NCBI GenBank assembly: GCA_963712115.1 | Contig: CAVQGX010000043.1 | Span: 64,001-128,000, forward strand | Origin: an uncultured delta proteobacterium | GTDB taxonomy: Bacteria > Desulfobacterota > Syntrophobacteria > BM002 | Direction: 5' to 3' | DNA: 64,000 nucleotides | Shown: piece after piece, positions 11,601 through 20,254 of the stretch | How positions within the stretch are numbered: position 1 is the first letter of the stretch | Layout: each line of letters opens with the position of its first letter | Program-made: the position numbers and the translations under genes | Notes under the pieces: model-generated | Told to the model about the DNA's origin: nothing | The model's database searches: none | The model's input: only the letters and a program-made list of their open reading frames with translations

Positions 11601-11672
11601 CTCTTGGCCTCGCGCTTTGATTCTCTTATCAAGATCTGGGCTGTCCATCTCTGATAGCCTCCATGAATTCAT
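8640..11672 (-). CDS. putA: Bifunctional proline dehydrogenase / glutamate-semialdehyde (P5C) dehydrogenase, ~1000-aa form with no DNA-binding domain
   Basis: LFRFVDV, RLVKGAYWDYE and YLVRRLLENTANESF (PRODH); EMGGKN, GQKCSACSR and EEIFGPV (ALDH). Confidence 0.95.
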   Translation of the reverse strand: MNSWRLSEMDSPDLDKRIKARGQEFFSVIRGETPSIFDKGWWTGKLTDWCMSNDNFKVQLFRFVDVMPYLTTSESLSRHIQEYFADDDEDIPSVLKWGAKTAGIGGRVAGKILAQTIRANIESMAKQFIIGENTKEALKVLTKLRKNNFGFTVDILGEASVSKKEAEQYQLSYLDLLDNLKKEEKNWTSLGDAASGLDWAHTAKVYISVKPSSLYSQANPADFEGSVQAISDRFKPILSKAKEMAAFVRIDMEQYKYKDITLEVYRRLRSSPEFRNYSNFGLVLQSYLRDTDEDLDDLLNWSRDEGLPFSIRLVKGAYWDYETVIARQHGWKVPVYTIKAETDAAFERQAKKILQNHDICHLACGSHNIRSISAVLETANTLQVPEDRYEFQVLYGMAEPVRKALQKVVKRVRLYCPYGELLPGMAYLVRRLLENTANESFLRQSFAEKLDIDKLLADPVEQLSDTEKASIFEELTTNNKNGLSPFINHPTVDFTKSEIRSAFPQAITQVRGMLGRTYPLLIAGRETRTRDTLPSLNPAKPSEVIGHVCQAGTKEIDSAIAAAKETFPSWRDTSPKDRAQYLFRAADIARNRIYNLAAWQVLEVGKQWDQAYADVGEAIDFLEYYGKEMIRLGKETPLGRAPGELNHYFYQPKGLAVVIAPWNFPLAISCGMSAAAIVAGNCVIYKPSGLSSVTGFTLAEIFQQAGLPQGVFNYTPGRGKVIGDYLVDHPDVSVIAFTGSMEVGLRILGRASKVQPQQAEVKKVIAEMGGKNAIIVDDDADLDEAIVHILQSAFAFQGQKCSACSRVIVLEPIYDKFVHRLAQAAESLNIGPAEDPANYMGPVIDEQAQLRILDYIQIGKKEGKILISRDVPNQGYYVPLTIFTNIKPEHRLAQEEIFGPVLSVMKAKTFEQAIKLANSTKFALTGGVFSRSPKHLEQARRNFRVGNLYLNRGITGALVERQPFGGFKMSGVGSKAGGPDYLMQFMHPRTITENTMRRGFTPISDQDHNI

Positions 11673-12010
11673 TCACAAGTATAGATGATTACAATTATAA
11701 GCTTTTTTCAATAACTGATCTTTTCACTTAATAACAAATTTGGCTAGTTTTAGCCTCCAATTACACTGCTATTATAACAGCCATTGTTCTTTGCCATCTA
11801 TAAAACCATTGAAGGGTGGTCTAGGATCGAAAGGATAATTTTGTTAAAGCAAGTCGGAAGTGCGAGGCCAAAAGGAGGGGTGTTGCGGGAGATCTCAGGA
11901 GGGTGCTACTAGCAGAATTATTATCACAGAAATTAAAGTTTACATAATATACATTATCAGACTATATTTCTCTGCCGAAAACGAATCATGGGAGCAACCC
12001 CCTTCCCACC

Positions 12011-12042
12011 AAAAAAAGAGGCCGGACAGGATCTCCGGCCTC
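12011..12042 (-). terminator. Rho-independent terminator of dsrABNC
   Basis: Minus strand GAGGCCGGA-gatcctg-TCCGGCCTC followed by T7, ~70 bp after the dsrC stop. Confidence 0.85.
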
Positions 12043-12114
12043 GAGCAAACACTAATCCTCTTTGGGAGAGTCTTATACTTCCCACCCCCAGTGAAAAAGT
12101 TGTAGAATCCCTAG

Positions 12115-12432
12115 TTAGACACAACCGGTGGGCTTGGGAAGCCCAGCCATCTTACAGGCGCCTTTGCCTGGTCCAGAGGGAAAGAGCTCGTAGATATATT
12201 TGAGCTTGTACCCCGTCACCTTGGTAAGGATCCGGACCATGGGTGCAATACCGTGCTTCTGATAGTAGTCCTGCAGTACGTGGATGACCTTCCAGTGCTC
12301 TTCGGTCAATTCCTGAATTCCCTCAGACGCCTTTACGTAATCGACCCACTCGGTGCACCAACTGTCAAAAGCATCGATGAAGCCGTCTTCATCAATCTCG
12401 AACGTTTTGCCCATGTGCTCAACTGTTGCCAT
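12115..12432 (-). CDS. dsrC: Sulfur carrier DsrC
   Basis: 105 aa; DEDGFI; C-terminus GPGKGACKMAGLPKPTGCV with both conserved Cys; RBS GGAGG. Confidence 0.97.
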   Translation of the reverse strand: MATVEHMGKTFEIDEDGFIDAFDSWCTEWVDYVKASEGIQELTEEHWKVIHVLQDYYQKHGIAPMVRILTKVTGYKLKYIYELFPSGPGKGACKMAGLPKPTGCV

Positions 12433-12453
12433 GAAATTCACCTCCTGATTTTA

Positions 12454-13920
12454 TTAGCGGACCCCGTCGCCAACCCCAGTGTTGGTAGTCCGGTGGTCCA
12501 TTTTTCTTTTTTTCTCCTTAGTATTACCTCTCAACTCCCGTTGGTATGCCAGGGCCCGTCGGATCAACCCCTCGGCCCATTCCGGTGTACCGATGGCGTG
12601 CACATGCGAATAGGTGGCCAGTATATTTTTATAACACACTCCATCCTTTCGATCCAAGATGCCGGACCCTCTCCTCATGGCGAATGCTAATGATTCAGGG
12701 CTAAGGTCGAAGCGGGTCACCCGGGAGTAATGAAATTCATGTCCCTTCAAGGTGGTTCCCACTGGATAAAAAGGATTTCTCTTCACCACTTCCAGCTCGG
12801 TGTAGCCGTGTCCTTGTGGCTTTTTCTCAAGCCGGAAGTCCATCGGCAGAGCTTGTACCATAGGATAGGTGTTGCCCTTGATCTCCAAGTTTCGTCCCAG
12901 GTACATGAGGCCACCGCATTCAGCGTAAACCGGCAGCCCATCTTCAATTGCCGATCTGAGTCCTGTTCTCAGTTGATCATTGACAGCCAATTGCTCCGCA
13001 TGTGTCTCGGGAAAACCGCCGCCGATATAAAGCCCGTCCAGTTCTGGAAGAAAGGTGTCTTGCAAGGCGTTTATGGTCACCAAGTTAGCCCCCCTTCTTT
13101 CAAGGGCCTCGAGATTCTCAGGATAGTAGAATTGGAAAGCAGAATCCCTGATAATCCCAATAGTTGGCTGGCGATAAGCTTTGCTCGCCCTCTTCCTGGG
13201 GTAAACTGGCTCCCAGGTCAACGGGGGAGCCTGGTCGGCTATTGTAAGTACCTTTTCCAGATCCAGGTAGCGTTCTACAACCTGAATGCGAGCGAAAATA
13301 GCCTCCCTTGCTTCCGGATGCTCAAGGGCGGTGACCAAGCCCATATGCCGCTCAGGGAAGTCATCTTCCTTGAGCTTGGGAATGGCACCTACCACTGGAA
13401 CCCTGCAATAACGCTCAATTGTGGTTTTCAGCATCTCCTCGTGGCGGGGTCCTGCCACCCGGTTCAAAACTACACCCTGGATAGCGACCTCAGGGTCGAG
13501 ATGCTGGCAGCCCAGGACAGCCGCAGCCGCAGTGCGAGTGACCATGGTACCATCTACCACCAAAATGACCGGGGCCTGGAGTAATTTGGCCAGTTCTGCG
13601 GTGCTACAGGAGCCGTCAGCGTCCATTCCGTCAAAAAGGCCACGATTACCCTCGATTACTGCGGCTTCAGCTTTCTGAACGTGTTGCCAGAATGAGTCGA
13701 GGATTTGCTCCCCGCTCATCATATACGGATCTAAATTGTAGCAAGGCTGGCCGGCAGCCAGGGCAAGCCAGCCCGCGTCAATATAGTCAGGGCCCTTTTT
13801 AAAGGGCACAACCTCCCCTACCCTTTGCCGCCAGGCGGCAACCAATCCAAGGGAAAGGGTGGTTTTTCCTGAACCCCCGCGTAGACCTGCAATCACTACG
13901 CGGGGTTTGCTGTTATCCAT
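12454..13920 (-). CDS. dsrN: Siroheme amidase DsrN (cobyrinate a,c-diamide synthase family)
   Basis: GGSGKTT, KKGPDYID, FQFYYPENL, AECGGLMYL and GHEFHYS; lies between dsrB and dsrC. Confidence 0.9.
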   Translation of the reverse strand: MDNSKPRVVIAGLRGGSGKTTLSLGLVAAWRQRVGEVVPFKKGPDYIDAGWLALAAGQPCYNLDPYMMSGEQILDSFWQHVQKAEAAVIEGNRGLFDGMDADGSCSTAELAKLLQAPVILVVDGTMVTRTAAAAVLGCQHLDPEVAIQGVVLNRVAGPRHEEMLKTTIERYCRVPVVGAIPKLKEDDFPERHMGLVTALEHPEAREAIFARIQVVERYLDLEKVLTIADQAPPLTWEPVYPRKRASKAYRQPTIGIIRDSAFQFYYPENLEALERRGANLVTINALQDTFLPELDGLYIGGGFPETHAEQLAVNDQLRTGLRSAIEDGLPVYAECGGLMYLGRNLEIKGNTYPMVQALPMDFRLEKKPQGHGYTELEVVKRNPFYPVGTTLKGHEFHYSRVTRFDLSPESLAFAMRRGSGILDRKDGVCYKNILATYSHVHAIGTPEWAEGLIRRALAYQRELRGNTKEKKRKMDHRTTNTGVGDGVR

Positions 13921-13938
13921 AGATTTCAGGTTTCTTTC

Positions 13939-15054
13939 TTACCACTTGAACTGAGTGGTGGTTCTCCAGGTGGTCATGGCCAACCGGTAGTCGTCAATGT
14001 GCTCATGCCGGAATTCCAGTTCGGCCTTTTCGAAGAACTTCTCCCAGCCGATTCGCTCTATCCATTCACCCACACGCTCGTAACGGTTGGCGTCGCTGGC
14101 GTAAAGATCCACAATCTTTTTTATGGTCTTGACCGTGGTGGGCCAGCGTGGCGGCTCGTTGGGAATGTAAGGCACAGCCAGCTTGGAAAACTTGGGAGCA
14201 CAGCGCGAGTTAGAAACCTTACCGCCTACCCATAAGGCAATGCCATCTCCCTCGGCGCTCGCTAGGGGCATAGCTGGACACATGGTGTAGCAGTTGCCGC
14301 AAAACATGCAACGCTCGTTTTTTACCGCCACGGTTTTGAGCTCGCCTTCCTTGGCCGGTTTGATGGCTGCGGTGGGACAAGCAGCGATGGCCAGCGGAAT
14401 CTCACAGACCTTGCCGACTCGTTCATGCTCAATGAAAGGCGGCTTTCTGTGAACGCCGAGGATGGCGATATCCGAGCAGTGCACGGCGCCACACATGTTG
14501 AGACAACAGGCCAGAGAAATCCGCACCTGGGCCGGAAGACGCATGCCACAGAAGTCATCATAGAGCTCATCCAGTACCGCTTTGACGATACCGGAAGCGT
14601 CGATGGCCGGGGTGTGGCAGTGGAGCCAGCCCTGGGTGTGAACGATGTTGGTAACACCGGCGCCAGTACCGCCAATGGGGAACTTGTTGCTGCCACCGGC
14701 GAACTTCCGGCCCTTGAGGTCCTTGATCAGCGGCTGCAGCTTGGCCTTGTTGTCGACCATGAACTCCACATTATTTCGAGTCGTCCAGCGAACATAGCCT
14801 TCGCAGTGCTTGTCGGCGATGTCGCAGATTTCCCGGATGATGTCAACGCTCATGAGTCGGCAGCCGCCCACCCTGACGGTGTAGACTTCCGCACCGGTTT
14901 CCGAGACATGGACGAGCACCCCCGGCTCGAGAATGTCGTGATATTTCCACTTGCCGTAGTTTTCCTTGATCACAGGCGGGAAAAACTGCTCGTAGTGCGG
15001 CGGCCCGATATCAGTGATTCGGTCTTTCATCGGTTCATTAGGATCATATGCCAT
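13939..15054 (-). CDS. dsrB: Dissimilatory sulfite reductase beta subunit
   Basis: [40 protein letters not shown] and [12 protein letters not shown]. Confidence 0.98.
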   Translation of the reverse strand: MAYDPNEPMKDRITDIGPPHYEQFFPPVIKENYGKWKYHDILEPGVLVHVSETGAEVYTVRVGGCRLMSVDIIREICDIADKHCEGYVRWTTRNNVEFMVDNKAKLQPLIKDLKGRKFAGGSNKFPIGGTGAGVTNIVHTQGWLHCHTPAIDASGIVKAVLDELYDDFCGMRLPAQVRISLACCLNMCGAVHCSDIAILGVHRKPPFIEHERVGKVCEIPLAIAACPTAAIKPAKEGELKTVAVKNERCMFCGNCYTMCPAMPLASAEGDGIALWVGGKVSNSRCAPKFSKLAVPYIPNEPPRWPTTVKTIKKIVDLYASDANRYERVGEWIERIGWEKFFEKAELEFRHEHIDDYRLAMTTWRTTTQFKW

Positions 15055-15066
15055 TGTGTTAACCTC

Positions 15067-16341
15067 CTAGGCATGGTGTTTCTTGCGGAAAGCTACTCCA
15101 TCAATCTCCCAACCACCGGGTACATCTTCGCGGTCGTAGAAGATGTAGGGGTTGTAGCGCGGTGTGTTGATCATCCGTGGATCGGGCTCCAATTCAACCG
15201 CTTTGAGGAATTCCCTGAGGCCTAGCCTCTGGATCAATTCGCCCAGGCGCTCGCGGTTCTTGCCCTCCTCCATCCACCAATCCCACATCTTTTCCACGAA
15301 GTCCTTGAATTCTTCGTACGGCTCTTCCATCTTGATGAAGGGGATGATCACGCTGGAAAGCTGCGCACCCTCAAGGATGGGGGCTTTAGCACCGCACAGG
15401 ATGGTGGCGCCCACATCTTTTCCCGGCCACAAGGCCCGGGGCATCACATTGATGCAGTGCATGCAGCGAGTGCAGTTCTCATCCCAGATCTTAAGGTTCT
15501 TGCCGTCCCAGTCGATGCAGCGGGTGGGGCACAAATCGCATACCTCTTTCTGAATATCCAGAGCGCTCGCTCCTGTGCCATGAGCATTGCCGTTGGGGGC
15601 GAACTCACCGGCGGCATAAGCCCTTACAGCCTTCTGGTCGATGCGGATGTTGTCACGCCAGGTGCCGATGATTGAGCAGTCGGCCCGGGCAATGGCGGCC
15701 ACACAGTCGTTGGGGCAGCCCGAGGTCTTGAACTTGAACTTGTATGGGAAGGCAGGTCGATGGAGTTCGTCCTGGTATGTGTGGGTGAGGTCGTAGGTGA
15801 TAGCCTGGGTGTCTATACAGGACCACTCGCAGCGGGCCTTGCCCAGGCAGCAACTGGGGGTACGCAGGTTGGAGCCTGATCCACCCAGGTCCATGTTAAG
15901 GTTATGGGTCAATTCGTAAAAAACCGGCTCCAGCTCGTCGGTAGTGGTGCCGAGGAGGATGACGTCACCGGTTGAGCCATGCATGTTGGTGAGGCCGCTG
16001 CCGCGCCTCTCCCACAGTTCACAGAGTTTTCTGAGCTGTTCGGTGGAGTAAAACTTACTTGCGGGCTGATTCACACGTAGGGTGTGAAAGTGGGCCACGT
16101 TGGGGAAAAGGTCGGGGCGGTCGCAATAGCGGCCGATAACGCCTCCACCATAACCCAGCACGCCCACGATGCCGCCGTGCTTCCAGTGCCCCTCTTTGTC
16201 TACATAGGACTGTTCCATTACGCCCAAGAGGTCATCGCACATGGGTTTTCTCTCGGCCATCTGCTTGATGTCCGAGATGAAGCTTGGCCAGGGCCCCTTT
16301 TCCAGCTCGTCCAGCAGGGGGGTCTTGTGTTTTAGAGCCAT
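15067..16341 (-). CDS. dsrA: Dissimilatory sulfite reductase alpha subunit
   Basis: GPWPSF, HWKHGGIVGVLGYGGGVIGRY, CLGKARC and YKFKFKTSGCPNDC; ATG 16341 with RBS GGAGGT. Confidence 0.98.
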   Translation of the reverse strand: MALKHKTPLLDELEKGPWPSFISDIKQMAERKPMCDDLLGVMEQSYVDKEGHWKHGGIVGVLGYGGGVIGRYCDRPDLFPNVAHFHTLRVNQPASKFYSTEQLRKLCELWERRGSGLTNMHGSTGDVILLGTTTDELEPVFYELTHNLNMDLGGSGSNLRTPSCCLGKARCEWSCIDTQAITYDLTHTYQDELHRPAFPYKFKFKTSGCPNDCVAAIARADCSIIGTWRDNIRIDQKAVRAYAAGEFAPNGNAHGTGASALDIQKEVCDLCPTRCIDWDGKNLKIWDENCTRCMHCINVMPRALWPGKDVGATILCGAKAPILEGAQLSSVIIPFIKMEEPYEEFKDFVEKMWDWWMEEGKNRERLGELIQRLGLREFLKAVELEPDPRMINTPRYNPYIFYDREDVPGGWEIDGVAFRKKHHA

Positions 16342-16532
16342 TCCATTTACCTCCTTCAAGTGGAAATCATTTCCTTGCCTAGTGAATGCGGATTTATCTC
16401 AACCGTGAAATTCTCACCTCCCCTCTCATGGCTGTTATTTGGATAAACAGCTTTATCTTTTTGCAGTAATTACAAATAGTTGCGCTATTCAAATTTAGGT
16501 GGGACAGGTCTGAGATGCAATCCATAGCGCTA

Positions 16533-16593
16533 TTCGTGAATCAATTCACTCAGTGATTTATGTTTGTATAAACCGTCTTTTGAATTTTGTCAA
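16533..16593 (-). promoter_or_regulatory. dsrA sigma70 promoter with a downstream Rex-like operator
   Basis: TTGACA (16593-16588), 17 nt, TATACA (16570-16565); palindrome GTGAA-TCAA-TTCAC at 16536-16549 fits Rex GTGAA-N4-TTCAC. Confidence 0.7.
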
Positions 16594-16952
16594 TCAAAAT
16601 AAGATCAGGGAAATAGCTGGGGGGCAAGGTGGAAGGATCTGGACCGCAGTTACCAGTGCCCTACCCTCTCAGATGCAGGTATTTAACTCACCCGCAGTTG
16701 TAGTCTCACTTATTGGTGCCTTAACAGAGAAGGCCGCCCCAATTTCCTTAAGAGTTGGTTGCGGCCTCGGGCTTAACGTGTTGAGGACAATGGTGAAGCG
16801 TTTTGTTCGAAGGCCAAAATAGGCTGTCAAGTTAAAATCAAGACCGACCTCAAGAAATCAAGTCGGCAAAGGTCTTTGGGGGGTCGAGCTCGTGATGCAT
16901 CCCTTGCATCAAGTGGTAAAACAGCCAGATTTGACACTGGCCAGGTGATGGC

Positions 16953-17195
16953 CTAGTCGCCCATCCCCTTCTCTTCTGCACCCAGGTCGGCATGTTCGGG
17001 AAGTAAGTAAAGTGTGGTACTGCCGCTGGACCAGTACTTCAGCTGACCGTCATTGACCATCTCGTTTATGACTTTCTTAACCTGGCGCATTTTCATGTCG
17101 GGTAGTGCCTTGCAGAGCTCATTGAAATAATGCTTGGTTTTCCCCTTTTTAGATTTCATGAAATCGATAATTGCCTGCTTCTCTGCCTCGCTCAT
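16953..17195 (-). CDS. dsrD: Dissimilatory sulfite reductase D protein
   Basis: 80 aa; KTKHYFNEL...VKKVINEMVNDGQLKYWSSGSTTLY DsrD signature; RBS GGAGG. Confidence 0.93.
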   Translation of the reverse strand: MSEAEKQAIIDFMKSKKGKTKHYFNELCKALPDMKMRQVKKVINEMVNDGQLKYWSSGSTTLYLLPEHADLGAEEKGMGD

Positions 17196-17234
17196 TTCTT
17201 CCTCCTTGAGGGGTAGTGAATGTCTAGACGAATA

Positions 17235-17288
17235 AGTGAATCAATTCACTCACTCATCATCTATAATCCGCAGCCTACCTTTTGTCAA
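17235..17288 (-). promoter_or_regulatory. dsrD sigma70 promoter with a downstream Rex-like operator
   Basis: TTGACA (17288-17283), 17 nt, TATAGA (17265-17260); AGTGAA-TCAA-TTCACT at 17235-17250. Confidence 0.7.
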
Positions 17289-17425
17289 TAAAAAAAGCTG
17301 GCAAGGATAACCTATCTTTTGTTGTCCGGAGCCTCTATATATTATATAAAGATTAGGTTTATCTGTCGCCCTCTGGAAGTACACAAACAGAAAGCCTACT
17401 AGGCTAGCGAAATCGAGGGTCTTGC

Positions 17426-18166
17426 ATGTCTCTCAAGAAACACCTGGAGGAATTAGAAGCTTTTCGGGCCACTGACAATGAGCCAGGCATTGCCAATGCC
17501 TGTTTCAAGATAGGCGACCTCTACCTCAGCAAAGGTAAGTGGAGTGATGCCAAAGAATATCTGAGAGAAGCAAAGGCCATATGTGGAAAACTGGGCAACG
17601 AAGAAGGATCCGCCATAACCGCCATTGGACTGGGAGATGTTTACCGTAATACCCGGAATCTTGAAACAGCCCGCAACCACTACGAGCAAGCCCTGGATTT
17701 TTTCGAAAAAGAAGGGAACGAAAAGAAAATAGCTAATCTGATGGAGAGATTGGGAGATCTTTCTAGAGAACAGGGAGATTTCTCCCGGGCAATGGAGGCC
17801 TTCGCCAGGGCACGGCTCATCTGTCAGAATCACGGCGACGAAGTTGGCACAGCCCATTTTAGCGAGAGAATGGCCCTGGTGCACAGGCAACAGGAGAACT
17901 TTGGTTCAGCAATCGAGTGTTTTCAACAAGCGCTGAGTTATTATGAGCAACACCGTGTTGCGGATCGACTTGCCTTTGTCCTCACTGGCTTGGGTGAACT
18001 TCAATACAAAATAGGACAACCACAGGAAGCTCTGGATTACCTGGGCAGGGCCTTGCACATCTACAAGAGGCTGGGGGCGGGCAAGCCAGCAGAATTGCTA
18101 GCAGCGGAAATAGATGCCATTCAAGCCACTTTGGAAGACGAGAAAAAGGAGGTGGATAAAGTTTGA
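17426..18166 (+). CDS. Tetratricopeptide repeat protein
   Basis: Repeated ~40-aa helical units (LGDVYR...ARNHYEQAL; LGELQYKIGQPQEALDYL). Confidence 0.85.
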   Translation: MSLKKHLEELEAFRATDNEPGIANACFKIGDLYLSKGKWSDAKEYLREAKAICGKLGNEEGSAITAIGLGDVYRNTRNLETARNHYEQALDFFEKEGNEKKIANLMERLGDLSREQGDFSRAMEAFARARLICQNHGDEVGTAHFSERMALVHRQQENFGSAIECFQQALSYYEQHRVADRLAFVLTGLGELQYKIGQPQEALDYLGRALHIYKRLGAGKPAELLAAEIDAIQATLEDEKKEVDKV

Positions 18167-18211
18167 GTATCCCCCTGCCCTCCCCTCATTTATACTTTAT
18201 TGAGTTTGCTG

Positions 18212-18240
18212 TTGACATGTGAGGGAGAGGTAGATAAATT
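18212..18240 (+). promoter_or_regulatory. Putative sigma70 promoter for the TPR-slyD cluster
   Basis: TTGACA-17 nt-TAAATT. Confidence 0.55.
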
Positions 18241-18261
18241 TGTTAATTCACGTATTTACGA

Positions 18262-18373
18262 ATTCAGGTATTAAGGGATTAAGGAATTGAGGGATTAGGG
18301 AATTTGGGTTCCCCAGTTCCAAAACCCCAAGATTTGAAATCCCTGAATTCGGCATTCCTAAATTTCCGAATTT
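18262..18373. repeat. Intergenic imperfect palindrome of 8-bp units (ATTAAGGG type)
   Basis: attaaggg-attaagga-attgaggg-attaggga facing aaatccct-gaattc...ttcctaaatttccgaatt. Confidence 0.65.
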
Positions 18374-18395
18374 ATTATTATGGAGTTAGATAGTT

Positions 18396-19025
18396 ATGGA
18401 AGAGAAAAAAAAGAAAGAGGTTTCTGAAGATACGGTTTTTCGGGCTCTGAGAAGGCAGCTTTTGGCGACGCCCTACTCGGCTCCGCTGCATTACAATTTG
18501 GGTCTTGCTTACGCCCGAAGGGGCCAGCTGGACGAGTCAGTCACAGCTTTCCAACAGGCCATTGTTTTTGACCCAAAGATGGTTGAGGCCTATATCAACC
18601 TGGGAGGAATTTATTTACGCAAAGGTAATTTGGAGGCTTGCATAGAGGCCAATCAGAAGGCACTTGAAATAAACCCCAGCCATCCTCTCGCCCACAGTAA
18701 CCTGGGTTTCTCCCTAATCCAGCAGGGAAAAGTGGATGAGGGCATGATTGAGTATGAGAAGGCCCTGGAAATAGATCCAAATCAAGCTGCGGTAAGGGCT
18801 AATCTAGGCGGGGCTTATTTCCAAAAAGGCAACTTTGAGGCAGCCATCAAAGAAAATCTCAAGGCCCTTGAATTAAATCCTAGCTTTGCTTTGGCCCACA
18901 ACAACCTGCTCCATGCTTATCGTGCAATCGACGACCAGGAGTCGGCCAAAATTCACTGTGAGAAAGCATTGGAACTCGGCTTTCAGGTAAATCCTGAGCT
19001 GGCTAAAGAGTTAGGCTGCGGCTAA
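18396..19025 (+). CDS. Tetratricopeptide repeat protein
   Basis: 34-aa TPRs (HYNLGLAY, AYINLGGIY, AHSNLG, ALEINP). Confidence 0.9.
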   Translation: MEEKKKKEVSEDTVFRALRRQLLATPYSAPLHYNLGLAYARRGQLDESVTAFQQAIVFDPKMVEAYINLGGIYLRKGNLEACIEANQKALEINPSHPLAHSNLGFSLIQQGKVDEGMIEYEKALEIDPNQAAVRANLGGAYFQKGNFEAAIKENLKALELNPSFALAHNNLLHAYRAIDDQESAKIHCEKALELGFQVNPELAKELGCG

Positions 19026-19040
19026 AGGGAGTATGGGTGC

Positions 19041-19553
19041 ATGGTGAAAATTCAACCCGAAAACAGTTACGTGGTGATAAAATACACGGTAAAATTGGAA
19101 GATGGCGAGGTTATCAAGGGTGACCCCGAGGAGGGATTGGCCCATATGGAGTTTGTCACCGGTTACAACCAGGTAATCCTAGGGCTGGAAAGAAGACTAA
19201 TCGGGATGTCCAAGGGAGACAGGGGTGAAGTTGCCGTACCACCAGAGGAGGGCTTCGGCTCATATGATCCCAAGCTGATACAGGAGAAACTTTACAAAGA
19301 ATTTCCGGAAGGTAGGAATCTGGAAGAAGGTCGCTGGGTTAGGGCCACCAACCCTGATCATCGGGTGACATTTGGATATCTGGTATTAGAAAAAAAACCG
19401 GACCGTATCATCCTTGACTACAACCATCCACTGGCCGGAAAGACTCTCATCTATGAGTTCACCGTTGAGAATGTCAGAGAAGCGAACCGAGAAGAATTAG
19501 AGATTCTCAGACCTTGTGAGTTTGGGCAAACAGAGGGGCCGCCTATGGAATAG
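19041..19553 (+). CDS. slyD: FKBP-type peptidyl-prolyl isomerase, SlyD-like without the His-rich tail
   Basis: GLERRLIGM, VPPEEGFG and LDYNHPLAGKTL motifs. Confidence 0.85.
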   Translation: MVKIQPENSYVVIKYTVKLEDGEVIKGDPEEGLAHMEFVTGYNQVILGLERRLIGMSKGDRGEVAVPPEEGFGSYDPKLIQEKLYKEFPEGRNLEEGRWVRATNPDHRVTFGYLVLEKKPDRIILDYNHPLAGKTLIYEFTVENVREANREELEILRPCEFGQTEGPPME

Positions 19554-19751
19554 GCGGAAATTCGAAATTCTAAATACTAAGCACGAAACAAATTCTAAAT
19601 CCAAATTTCAAATGTTCCAAAGGAAACTCGCTCCAATCTACAATTCAAAAGCTTTGATCATTTGAAACCGGGGCCCCGCCTGGAAGGTGGGGACTCCGAA
19701 GGAGAATTTGAGAATTGTTTCGGATTTTGATACTAGGATTTAGGATTTGCC
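19554..19751. repeat. 7-bp-unit palindromic element related to 1199-1338, with a 40-bp GC-rich insert at 19664-19703
   Basis: aaattcg-aaattct-aaatact-aagcacg-aaacaaattc facing gaattgtttc-ggatttt-gatacta-ggattta-ggattt. Confidence 0.8.
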
Positions 19752-19836
19752 GTGGGCTACTAGAGCCTCAGATAATGCTAGCCCGCGTATAATTTCAAGG
19801 AACATCTGGACGCGTTACGCTTAGGACCACGGAGCT

Positions 19837-20205
19837 ATGGCAAAGCTAACTCCCGAAGAAGAAGAGAAAAAAAGGGCAATTTTCGACGGAATGTCCCCCA
19901 AAACCCAGGAACGCATCCTCAAAAAGGGCTATGAAGAATGGGACCCCTTTATGATGCCCAAAGAACCATTGGGCTACAAGTTAAGACAAGAGGCCAGGGG
20001 TGAGGAGGTTAGCCTAGATTCCGGCCACGAGTTATATGAGAGGTTTTTCGCCGGACGTAAAATAACCGACTACTCGGCCGAATATGTCAAGGGGGTTTTG
20101 GAAATAGCAGAGGGTATTTTCCGTGAAAAAGATAGTTACCGAGGCATGTACGATTTCAGCTGCTGGTATGCGAATTGGCGCAAAAATAAGGAAAAGGAAG
20201 AATGA
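19837..20205 (+). CDS. Hypothetical protein
   Basis: 122-aa ORF with RBS GGAG, co-oriented with neighbours; motif QERILKKGYEEWDPF. Confidence 0.75.
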   Translation: MAKLTPEEEEKKRAIFDGMSPKTQERILKKGYEEWDPFMMPKEPLGYKLRQEARGEEVSLDSGHELYERFFAGRKITDYSAEYVKGVLEIAEGIFREKDSYRGMYDFSCWYANWRKNKEKEE

Positions 20206-20254
20206 CTAATACGGAGCCGTATTTGGATCTGTTTATTACGACAGGTGATTGAAC

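Noticed and set aside
12253-16335. Long plus-strand ORFs opposite dsr genes (e.g. 12730-13584, 14425-15225)
   Set aside because: Antisense shadows of GC3-rich genes, with no motifs
16553-16822. 89-aa ORF between dsrD and dsrA
   Set aside because: Antisense to the dsr genes, overlaps the dsrA promoter, no RBS or motif
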